A stretch of 63,441 nucleotides of DNA, counting the filler, from Chiloscyllium plagiosum (lineage: Eukaryota): assembly GCF_004010195.1 (NCBI RefSeq). It is 3 parts of one record of this genome, joined end to end, with 100 filler letters (N's around TTAATTAATTAA, not from the genome) between each part and the next. Parts side by side here need not be neighbours in the genome. Positions count along the whole stretch, not along the records: positions 31,298 to 59,723 come from NC_057713.1; 2 more parts are not named here. One strand, written 5' to 3'. Position 1 is the first letter of the stretch, and every line of letters begins with the position of its first letter. The position numbers and the translations under genes were made by a program. A model generated the notes under the pieces. It ran no database searches, was not told where the DNA came from, and saw nothing but the letters and a program-made list of their open reading frames with translations. Shown one piece after another: positions 37,691 to 48,459 of the stretch.

Positions 37691-38726
37691 CATAATGCCA
37701 TTAGAGAGAGATTCCAGGACTTTGATCCAACAACACTGAAGGAATGGTAACATATTTTCAAATTTTAATATTGAGTGACTTAGAGGGCAACTTGCAGATG
37801 GTGGCGTTCCCAAGTTCCCAAACACCCTCAACATTCATTTCCTTCTTCACTCATTTCCTGTGCCAACAGTTTGTCCCATCTACAGCACATACATCACTAA
37901 ATTTTCTTAGCAGCACCTTCCAAACACACAACTTCTACCACCCAGAAGACAAGGGCCACAAATACATTGAGCACATCACTGCCTGCAAGTTCCTTTCCAA
38001 GCCACATACCATCCTGACTGCACCATTCTGACATGGCCTGCGACAATTTAAGACAGCTCACCATCACCCTCTCCAGGGAAATTAGGGATATGCAATAAAT
38101 GCTAGCACAGCCTGCAATGCCAACATCCTGTGAATTGATAGATTAAAAATAACTTGAACATATAATCTAGGCTGAATTTGAAGTACAGTACTGAACAAGT
38201 TATATATTGTAGATGAGACATTAAACCAACAAGTTTTTAAGATTCACAGTTTTTAAATGAAGATCAGAAGGAATCTGTCTTTTTCTGTGGCTGACTTGCA
38301 ACCTCTTTGACTACCACTGAGTGAAAACTGGTTGCAGACTCAGGGTTAGACCTTAGTGGTGGAACTCTCCATTGAGTCAAGCTAACCCATTGCTAACCCC
38401 AAAGTAAGACTGCAGCAGATTATGGCATGTTTGCTTGAATAAATATCAATCCATAATTGAACAGTATTCTCTCAGTACTCAAACATGATGGAGCTGACAA
38501 ATCTTCATTTTCCCCGACACCTGCTGAAAATCCTAAGAGAAAGCTAACTTCAATCTCTACCCAGTTTCAATTTATAAATCTGCAGCATAAAATTATACCT
38601 TTGTAACACTATTGCTCATTTCCATTATAACAAATTTAGTAAAATGCAGTTAATCGCACTCATTAATAAAAGTCATAGCATTATTTCTGACATTTGAAAA
38701 TTGTTAAAAGATAGACACATTTTGTG

Positions 38727-40150
38727 AAAGCTTTATCATCTTACACTATTAAGGACAATCACAAGAAATACCAAAGTAAATGAGAAGCAGCTTTTATACA
38801 TGGCTTGAGAAGAATATGTTGATTTTGACATGTGGACTCTGATTGGTAGAGATTTAGCCCTGAAGAATGCAGCAATTAAATGATGAATGACAGTTAATTA
38901 CTGAGCTTGTATAAATTTAAACCAGGTAGGTTGACTGTGATTGGTCAAGGCATTGCTCTGGGTATGGCCAGTGCCTTGTTTTTTGTAAACAGCCAAAGGG
39001 ATATGCTATTTGATATGATATATACTAGTCTAGGAATGCACAGTTTACCTTCTTAGCATCATACTGGCACTCAAGTTCATAGACAGCATTATTCATTTGT
39101 GTGATGGGCGGAAAATTATTTTGGCTTGATGGCAGCATTTTGTTATTGGCAAATACCATTTGTTTTTCTCAATCATGTGTTTCTAAAATCTTTGAGATAC
39201 CTTTCCCGAGTCTGACATAGACAGGACAAAAATGGCAGCCTGAGGCCTGTTCATAAGTTTGTATGATTGAGAAACAATCTGATCAAGATAGCTATTACCT
39301 CACTGGATAAATTTGATGTGCTCTATTTCAAAATCTAACTTGCATGGTGAACTAATGGCGTACACCTTATTTATGAGTTTGCCAAGAAAACTAATCTTGT
39401 AAAAATTGGAACCTTAGGAATCCCAATGTGTTGACCAGCTGTTTCATATAGTAGGAATAGCAGTCCAAGCCATGTTCACCATCAACAGGGTGCAGTTGTT
39501 AAACCAAAAAAGATGTTCTGACTAAAACATACGTAAGTAATATGATACGTGAACTTGAGTGGTGATGTGGTGTATGTAGATTGTTCCAATGACTGGTAGA
39601 TCATATCAAACTGTATATCATTTTGGCTATTCACACCAAGCTAGATACTAACTGTATCTAACTAGCATGTGTGAGCAAAACTCAAAGCACTGCTCCAACA
39701 TTAGATACAATTCTGTGATTAGACAGCATTTGCTAAACAATATGAAGGTTTTATAAATTGTGCTGACTAATAAGTTAAGATTATTAATTGGGCTTACACT
39801 TGTGCGTAATTGATGTCACATATTTTAGTACTCAAGACCTTGCTCTTTGCAGACTGAAAAGACATGTACACACATTGCATCTGTTTCAACTCAACAATCT
39901 AGATGTTAGCCATTCCCTGGTTTATTTCTCTGAGCAATACCATGACCAATCAGAGTCAATTTTCCTGGCTTAAATTTAATCAGCTTGGTAGTTAACTGTA
40001 AGTCATCATCTAATTTTGTATTCCCCATGGAAAACCCTCTACCAATTAGAGTCCACTAGCCAACCATTTACCACTCTCTTCTCATAAAGGTGTGGTTTTA
40101 CCATCACATTAGTATTTCTTCCAAATAATCCTGATAAGTGTAACATGAAT
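38727..40150 (+). mobile_element. Old PLE with inverted terminal repeat and decayed GIY-YIG region
   Basis: 38727-38962 is the diverged reverse complement of 39927-40150. Internal remnants LVDHIK, HLLNN and LCRLKRHVHTLHLF resemble PLE endonuclease C-termini. Confidence 0.65.
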
Positions 40151-41049
40151 GAAGTTTTGATGAAGGATCACTGGACTTGAAACATTAACTGTTTTCCTCT
40201 CTACAGATGCTGCCAGACCTGTTGAGTTTCTTGCTATTTCTTTGTTTCAGATTTCCAGCATCTGGTAACAAAATCTGTTTTGTGCTACAAAATGACCATA
40301 TATATAGCTACAATATATCCACAATATATCTACATGCTTCAAATGAGATGTTTATGCAAGGTGGTGCCTTCCAGTTTATGTAATGGGTTTTTAAGATTCC
40401 TGTAAATCAGGAGGTAATTAAAGATCCTATCGTATATATGAAGAAGACCAGATACCTTTCTGCCCTCAACTAACATAATCAAAGGCAGAGTAACTAATCT
40501 GACGCTACATTTTTTTGGCATCTTGCTATATTTACAAATGATTAGTTGTGTGCCAAGTTATTTAGAAAATTTCTGAGAGATGTTATACAAATGCAAGTGT
40601 TTACTTTACATTTAGGAGAAGGTCCACAACTTCTTTCTGTGAGATTAAGACAAAATCCCCATTGCCCCCATTTGGCAATATGGCAAGATTTAGGATGTTC
40701 CAAAAAGAAATTTTATCTTCCAAACAGCCCTTTTGATTTGTGACCCATATGAATAATTTATAGCTCTAATTGAGTTTAGGAACCTTTCCCCAGAATTGCT
40801 GATCGCACTGAGAACTTATCTGTTTACCAACTCCTTTCAACTTCTTTCATCTGGGAATCACATAAACAAGTTAAATCTATAATTTTGATAATAATGGACA
40901 TATTGGCATTAATAAGAGGTCCAACGATGAGTTATCTATTGTTTAAGTTTTCTCATTTCCACCCGTAATTTTATAAAGAAACACTGATTGTGGTTTAACT
41001 TTAATTAGTGCAGACTTATTTGATTTTTCATCACTGTAGGATTGATAAC

Positions 41050-41990
41050 TCGTTCCTCATTTCATCATTTATATAAACAATTTGGAGAATACAGGAGGCA
41101 TGGATGGTAAATTTGTGGAATGTAACAAAAACTGGTTATATAGTGGACAGTGAAGAAAGTGTTCTAAGAGCACAATGGGATCTTGATCAACTGGGCCAGT
41201 GGGCTTAAGAGTGGCAGAAGGAGTTTAATTCAAATTGCATTTTGGTAAGACAAACCGGGGCAGGACTTGCACAGATAATGGTAGGGTCCTGGGGAGTGTT
41301 GTCAAACAGAGAGACCTAGGGGTGCAGATATGTAGTTCCTTTAAAGTGATGTCACAAGTAGATGAGGTTGTGAAGAAGGCACTTGGCACGCTTGCCTTCA
41401 TCAATTAGAGCATTGAGTACACAAGTTGGAATGCTGTGTTACAGCTGTACAAAACATTAGTAAGGCCGTGTTTGGAGTAATGCGTACAATTCTGGTTTCC
41501 CTGCTATAGGAAGAATGTACTAAACTGGAAAGGATGTAATAATTATTTACAAGGATGTTACCGAGACTGAAAGGATTGAGTTATAAGGGAGGCTGGATAA
41601 GCTGGAATATTTTTCCTTTGAAAGTAGGAGGCTGAGGGGTGACCGTATAAAGCTTTATAAAATCATGAGGGGCATAGATAAGGTGAGTAGCTAAGTTCTT
41701 TTCCCCAGCATAGAGGAGTCCAAACTAGAGGGTATAGGTTTAATGTGAGAAGTGAAAGATTTAAAAGAGACCCATGAGGCAACTTTTTCACACAGAAAGT
41801 GGGTGCATGTATGGAACAAGCTGCTAGAGGAAGTGGTAGAGGTGGGCACAATTACAACATTTAAAAGACATCTGTACAAGTACATGGATAGAAAATGTTT
41901 AGAGGGATATGGGAAAATAGGACTTTAGAAAACTGGGTCAACATGGACAAGTTGTATCGAAGGGCCTGTTTTCTTGCTTCATGACTCTAT
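41050..41990 (+). mobile_element. CR1 LINE 3' part
   Basis: Typical CR1 RT C-terminus and tail. Confidence 0.85.
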
Positions 41991-42916
41991 GAATTAACTG
42001 TTTCAATTTATCTTACATTTAACACTTTAATTTCCAACCAAAGTGTTCTATTACTATAACTAAACATTATACCTTTAAATCGTGTGGATGATGGAATTAA
42101 ATATTTGTAACAAGTTCTGTTGGAATGTTTCTGAAAAATATAAGTTATTGAATATGTCACTTTTATTCCTGTTTAATCTAGAAATGCCAAATAATTAAGA
42201 AATTTGATAGTTAAAAAAAAATCTTTTATGTTTTCTGGGTGTTCCAAAGTACTTAATTATCTACAAAGTATAATTAACATTAGACAATTTGTGCACAGTG
42301 GGTTCCTATAAACAGCAATGAGAATAATGACTGCGTTATTTATTTTAGTGAGTGACATTGGCTTCGTGATAGCTGTTAGGACATAAAAGAACGCCTCTGA
42401 GTAGACAGTTTAATGCGTCATCTCAAAGACCAAAATCCCCAAGTGCTATATTGAAATGCTATGGACAGTTGTTGTACCTCAAATATAGTAAGTGGGTCAT
42501 TACATTGATAAAGTCTTTTTTATGAAGACATATAAAAAAGCTAGGTTCACAATTACTATTTGTTGGCGATATATCCAGATTTAGCAGAGGCTAGTAGAGC
42601 CAGTACAAAGTCATTTGAGGATATTTGTAGAGTATATTTAGAAGGTTATCATAGCTAAATGCAAAGAGTCCTGGGAAACTTGACTTTATGTTAGAACTAT
42701 GAGCTTAGTGTAGAATATTGACCAAGTCTGTTAATGTTTATCACAACATGAGCTAACTTTTGCAAATATGTAAATATTGAACATTGATGTGATGTCCAGG
42801 TGTTGTACTAATGTTACACAGCTGTCTACACAAATACCAAGTCACAATTGTGGTTTCCTCCTCACAGTTTAGTGATGCTCTGCTCAAAGCTAATGTAATG
42901 TATAGAATGCTAAATA

Positions 42917-43602
42917 CAGATAATTCTTGCATAATGCACATTTTGGCTGCACAATTTGCTTATAACTTTGCTACGGAATTAAGGAACAGTATTTTCGAGA
43001 ATAGCAGTGATCAATTTGCGCGGTTTGTTCTGTGCAAATCTCCGTGCCATCCTGCATATGCGCCAATGTCAGCTGCTGACACTGCACCTTTCTGTGAGAG
43101 GTACTGTACAGAGACATACATTGAGCAGCTTCCTGTGAAAGGTACACTGGGCAAAGGGACAAGAATGTTAGCAAGAAGTGTCCTGGTGATAAAATTGCAG
43201 ATGGTGAACACAAAAGAAAGGCAGTAAAACTGGAAGAGAAGCTAGATATTGTAAAGTATTTTGAGCATAAGGAGAGAATGTGTGATATAGTTCACTTAAC
43301 AGGAATGAGGAGTTTAACTTATGCAACGTGATGACCCTCTGACACTGCATTAATGATAATTTTCAGATGTTCTGTGTTAAATTTAGTTTTGTTTTATTGA
43401 TAAATTTGATTTATACCTTCATTCAGGCAGTGCTATACTTTGTGTTGGACTTTTGGGTGATTTTTTGAGCGATCGTGAGTAACCTTTTTTGCTGGTCTAC
43501 CCCAACTCCACTTTTCCCATTGGCCCATTATTTCTGTTAAGCAAATTCCTATTAGCGAGGTTTCACTGGAATACAGCTACTGTGTTATAGGAGAACTACC
43601 TG
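42917..43602 (+). mobile_element. Non-autonomous Tigger/pogo-like DNA transposon
   Basis: TA duplications at 42915-42916 and 43603-43604. Imperfect TIRs CAGATAATTCTTGCATAA / CAGGTAGTTCTCCTATAA (rc). 43200-43307 encodes KRKAVKLEEKLDIVKYFEHKERMCDIV, a CENP-B/psq HTH N-terminus. Confidence 0.75.
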
Positions 43603-43757
43603 TAGGATTTAAGCTACTCGTTTGCAGTGGTAGCATGGTGAATCCAGACACACCAGGAAGTGTGGGGCCACATACTACCATGTGAACTTGGAGAAGAAGA
43701 CAGGATATGAATCTGCATGTACACCAGAACAGAAAGTAAACAGATCTGGAAGGAAGT

Positions 43758-43919
43758 GTGTTGCTGGAAAAGCACAGCCAGTCAGGCAGCATCTGAGGAA
43801 CAGGAGAATCGACATTTCGGGCCAGAGCCTTTCATCAGGATGCTGCCTGCCCTGCTGTGCTTTTCCAGCAACACACTCTCGACTCTGATTTCCAGCATCT
43901 GCAGACCTCACTTTCTCCT
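43758..43919. mobile_element. PLE-derived fold-back element
   Basis: Arms gtgtgttgctggaaaagcacagc / gctgtgcttttccagcaacacac. Flanks agatctggaaggaagt (43742-43757) and agatatggaaggaagt (43920-43935). Hammerhead-like motif at 43811-43838 (-). Confidence 0.85.
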
Positions 43920-43969
43920 AGATATGGAAGGAAGTTGGCCTGTTGCTGCTGGGACCTTTCTGATATATT

Positions 43970-46105
43970 TCCAAATCTGGATAGTGAGTGTCTTGGAGGG
44001 GAACTTGCAGATTGTGGTGTTTCCATGTATTGCTGCCATTGTTCTTCTCAATAATGATGGTCATGGGTTTGGAAGGTGCTAAGGAGCCTTGGTGCTGCTC
44101 CTGGGTGTCAACAGTGGCGGGTCTGAATAATTGTGGATGTGATGCCAGCAGAGTGAGCACTTTGTAATGAATGGTGTCCTGCACTCATCCACGCAAGTGG
44201 AGGTAATTCCATCACATTTCTGACTTGTGCCTTGTAGATCGTGGGCAGAATTTGGGGAGTCAGCAGTTGAATTGTTCACCAAAAGATTCCTAGCTTTCTA
44301 CCTGGCCTTCCAGTCACAGTGCTTATATGACTAATCCAGTACAGTTTCTGGTCAATGGTAACCTCCAGGATGTTGATAGTGGGTGATTCCATGATGGTGA
44401 TTGAATATCATGGGGTAATGGTTAGATTCTCTCTGGTTGGAGATAGTCACTGCCTGGCATTTGTGTACATAAATGTTACTTGCCACTCTTCAGCCCAAAC
44501 TTGGATATTTTTTCTCCAGGTTTCTTGCATTTGAACATGGACAGCTTCGGTATGTGAAGAGTTGCGAATGGTGATGAATATTGTGCAATCAGCAGAGAAC
44601 CTCCTACTTCTGACCTTATGGTGGAGGGAAGGTCATTGATGAAGCAGCTGAAGTTGGTTGAGCCAAAGACACTACCCTGAGGAACTCCTGCAGAGATATC
44701 CTGGGGCTGAGATGTCTGACCTCCAACCACCACAACCATCTTCCTATGTGCCAAGTATGACTGCAAACAATGGAGAGTTTTCCCTCTCATTCCCACTGAC
44801 TCCAGTTTTGCTGGAGGTCCTTGATGCCACATTCAATCAAATGTGATCTTGATGTGAATAGCAGTCACTCTCACCTCACCTCTGGAATCCAGCTCTTTTG
44901 TCCATGTTTGAACCAAAGATCTAATGAGTTCAGGAGCTAAGTGGCTCTGGTGGAATACAAACTAAGCATCAGTGAGCAGCTTATTGTGAAATAAGTGCTG
45001 CGTGATAGCACTGTTGATGACATGTTCCATCACTTTACTGATGACGAAGAGTATATTGATGGGGTGATAATTGACTGTGTTGAATTTATCCTGCTTTTTG
45101 TGTACAGGATATATCTGGGTAATTTTCCACATTGTTAGGTAGATGCCAGTATTGTAGCTGTATCGGAACAAATTGGCTCGGAGCGCACCAAGTTCTGGAG
45201 CACAAGTCTTCAGTACTATTACTGGAATGCTTTCAGGGCCTGTAACCTTTGCAGTATCTAGTACCTCCAACATTTCTTTGTATCACATGGATTGAATCAA
45301 ACTGGCTGAATACTGACATCTGTAATGATGGGAACCTTTGGAGGAGACTGCGATGGACCATCCATTTGGCACTTTGGCTGAAGATGGTTGCAAATGCTTC
45401 AGTCTTACCATTTGCATTGATGTGTTGGGCTCCCTATTGTTGAGGTTGGAAATATTTGCAGAGCTTCCTCATTCAGTGATTTATTTAATTATCCATGACC
45501 ATTCATGACTGGATGTGGCAATACTGCAGAGTTTAGATTCAATCTGTTAGTTGTGGAAACTCTTAGCTTTGTCTATGATGGGCTGCTTATGCTGATTGAT
45601 AGGTTCACCAGATTGAAACCTCATTTTTTGATATGCTGATCCTGGCATGCCTCCTACACTCTTCATTGAAGTAGGGTTGGTCCCCTGGTGTGATGCTAAT
45701 GGTAGAGTGGAGGAAATGCCAGTCTGTGAGTTTGCAAATTGAGTCGGAATACAATTCTGTTACAGATGGCCCATAACACATCATAAATGCCCAGTATTGA
45801 GTTGCTCAATCTACTTGAAATCTATCCCATATAGTACTATGATAGTACCACACAACACAATTAAGTATATTCTTAATGTGAATATGGGACTTTGTCTCCA
45901 CACAAACTGTGCAGTGGGAACTCTTACTGATACTGTCATGGACAGATTCATGTGCAGTGAGCAAATTGATGAGGATGAAGGTCAATTCTGTTCTTTGCTT
46001 TCATTAATTCTATCACCACTTACTGAGACCCAGTTTAACAGATACATCCTTTTGGACTAGACCAGCTTGATCAGTAGTGGTGCTGCCAAGCTATTCTTGG
46101 TGATG
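43970..46105 (-). mobile_element. CR1-like LINE family B (APE to RT), degenerate
   Basis: ISAGVPQGSVFG..CFINDLP; WKITQIYPVHKKQDK..NYHPI. Confidence 0.85.
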
Positions 46106-46143
46106 ACTAGTGCCAAAATTAGGAGAGCTGTTTCATAGACTAG

Positions 46144-46367
46144 ACAAAAGTGAGGACTGCAGATGCTGGAAATCGGAGTCTACATTAGAGTGGTGCTGGA
46201 AAAGCACAGCCGGTCAGGCAGCGTCCGAGGAGCAGGAAAATCGATATTTCGGGCAAAAACCCTTCTTCAGGAATGAAGGGCTTTTGCCTGAAACATTGAT
46301 TTTCCTGCTCCTTAGATACTGCCTGACCGGCTGTGCTTTTCCAGCACCACTCTAATGTAGACTCTGA
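46144..46367. mobile_element. PLE-derived fold-back element
   Basis: Arms of about 90 bp. 12-bp TSD ttcatagactag at 46132-46143 and 46368-46379. Hammerhead motif at 46243-46270 (-). Confidence 0.88.
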
Positions 46368-46446
46368 TTCATAGACTAGTCAAGCAACATAGTTAAAAAT
46401 CACACAACACCAGGTTATAGTCCAACAGGTTTAATTGGAAGCACAC

Positions 46447-46475
46447 TAGCTTTCGGAGCGACGCTCCTTCATCAG
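46447..46475 (-). ncRNA. Minimal hammerhead ribozyme motif, intact
   Basis: cac-CTGATGA-A-GGAGC-GTC-GCTCC-GAAA-G-CTA-gtg: core, 5-bp stem II, palindromic AGCT stem III, 3-bp stem I (cac/gtg). Confidence 0.78.
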
Positions 46476-46822
46476 GTGGTAGTGGGAGGGCTCGATCGTA
46501 ACACAGAATTTATAGCAAACATTTACAGTGCGATGTAACTGAAATTATACATTGAAAAATTGATTGTCTGTTAAGCCTTTCATCTGTTAGAATACAGTGA
46601 TAATTTCACTTCTTTCATGTGTAAATCACAAAACCCTTTTTTTTAAAGTTGCACTCTCAGGTTAGCTGTTAACAATGGTAATAGCTAGACAATATGTTGA
46701 AGGTGTTAGCCCCCTGTGTTCTCTGTCTATGACCTGATGTTTAGATTGATTCTAATCTAAAAAGTGAGATAACAGAGTTTTACATAAATTCATGCAGTTT
46801 TTGAGCTCAGAGTTCTACATGA

Positions 46823-47650
46823 ATGCTACACTTCTCCAGCTTTCACCCAAAACATATTAAAACAGCCATTCCCTATGGACAAGCCCTACACATACACTGG
46901 ATCTGCTCAGATGAGGAGGAACGTGACGGACACCTGGAAGTACTCAAGGATGCCCTCACAAGAACGGGGTACGGTGCTCAACTCATCGACCACCAGTTCC
47001 GACTTGCCACAGTAAGGAACCGTAATGACCTCTTCAGGAGACAGACATGTGCTGCAACTGACAGGGTGCCCTTTGTTGTTCAGTACTTCTCAGGGGCTGA
47101 AAAATTACGCCATGTTCTTCGTGACCTGCAACACATTATCAATGAGGATGAGCACCTCACCAAGACCTTCCCCATACCTCCACTACTTGCCTTTAAACAA
47201 CCACCAAACCTCAAACAGATCATTGTTCGTAGCAAGCTGCCCGGTTCTCAGGACAACTCCATACAACCCTGTCACGGTGGTCGCTGCAAGACGCTGTCAG
47301 ATTGTGGGCATAGATACCACTATTACACGTGGGGACACCTCCCACCTTGTACATGGCAGGTACTCATGTGAATCAGCCAACTTTGTCTATCTTATACGTT
47401 GCAGACAAGAATGCCCGGAGGCATGGTACATTGGGGAAACCGAGCAAAGGCTACGACAATGGATGAATGGGCACCGCACAACAATCAACAGACAGGAGGG
47501 TTCCCTCCCAGTTGGGGAACACTTCAGTGGGCCAGGACATTCAGCTTCAGACCTTCGGATGACCATCCTCCAAGGTGGACTTTGTGACAGGCAGCAGAGG
47601 AAAGTGGCTGAGCAAAGGCTGATAGCTAAGTTCGGTACCCATAGGGAGGG
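46823..47650 (+). pseudogene. PLE ORF C-terminal part: RT thumb, Cys-rich linker, GIY-YIG endonuclease (frameshift near 47290)
   Basis: LHFSSFHPKHIKTAIPYGQA..ICSD; QPCHGGRCKT; NFVYLIRCRQECPEAWYIGETEQRLRQWMNGHR..VGEHF..R..AEQRLIAKF. Confidence 0.9.
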
Positions 47651-47689
47651 CCCTTGGGTTCATGTCACATTACAGGTGATCACCATTGG

Positions 47690-47875
47690 ACTACACACAC
47701 ACAGATATTCCTACACACACACACTCTCACATACACACGGACACAGGTACACACAGACGCGCACACAGACACCCACACACACCCTTATAGACACACACAC
47801 ACATTTTCACACTCTCAACCCCCACCCCAGACAGACACACAAACACAGACTGACAAAGACCCACATGCACACATA
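47690..47875 (+). repeat. (CA)-rich low-complexity tract in the PLE 3' region
   Basis: Imperfect cacaca runs. Confidence 0.85.
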
Positions 47876-48072
47876 TATATTGTGTGGTGAATTTGTACTT
47901 GCAGAGTTACATTGCACTTTGCTCAAAAACTGCATACATTCATGTAGAACTCTGAGCTCAAAAACTGCATGAATTTATGTAAAACTCTGTTATCTCACTT
48001 TTTAGATTAGAATCAATCTAAACATCAGGTCATAGACAGAGAACACAGGGGGCTTACACCTTCAACATATTG

Positions 48073-48203
48073 GTAAAAATAATGACTGCAGATGATGGAA
48101 ACCAGATTCTGGATCAGTGGTGCTGGAAGAGCACAGCAATTCAGGCAGCATCCGAGGACAGGCATCCTGAATTGCTGTGCTCTTCCAGCACCACTGATCC
48201 AGA
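48073..48203. mobile_element. Fold-back element nested in the right arm of the PLE
   Basis: 15-bp TSD accttcaacatattg at 48058-48072 and 48204-48218, present once in the left arm. Arms ttctggatcagtggtgctggaagagcacagcaattcagg and its reverse complement. Confidence 0.9.
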
Positions 48204-48430
48204 ACCTTCAACATATTGTCTAGCTATCACCATTGTTAACAGCTAACCCGAGAATGTAACTTTAAAAAAAGGGTTTTGTGATTTACACATGAAAGAAGTG
48301 AAACTATCACTGTATTCTAACAGATGAAAGGCTTAACAGACAATCAATTTTTCTATGTATAATTTCAGTTACATCACACTGCAAATTTTTGCTATAAATT
48401 CTGTGTTACGATCGAGCCCTCCACAATCAC

Positions 48431-48459
48431 CTGATGAAGGAACATCGCTCCGAAAGCTA
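48431..48459 (+). ncRNA. Minimal hammerhead ribozyme motif (stem II weakened)
   Basis: cac-CTGATGA-A-GGAAC-ATC-GCTCC-GAAA-G-CTA-gtg. Confidence 0.65.

Noticed and set aside
47654..47972. His/Thr-rich ORF tails
   Set aside because: Translation of a CA microsatellite.
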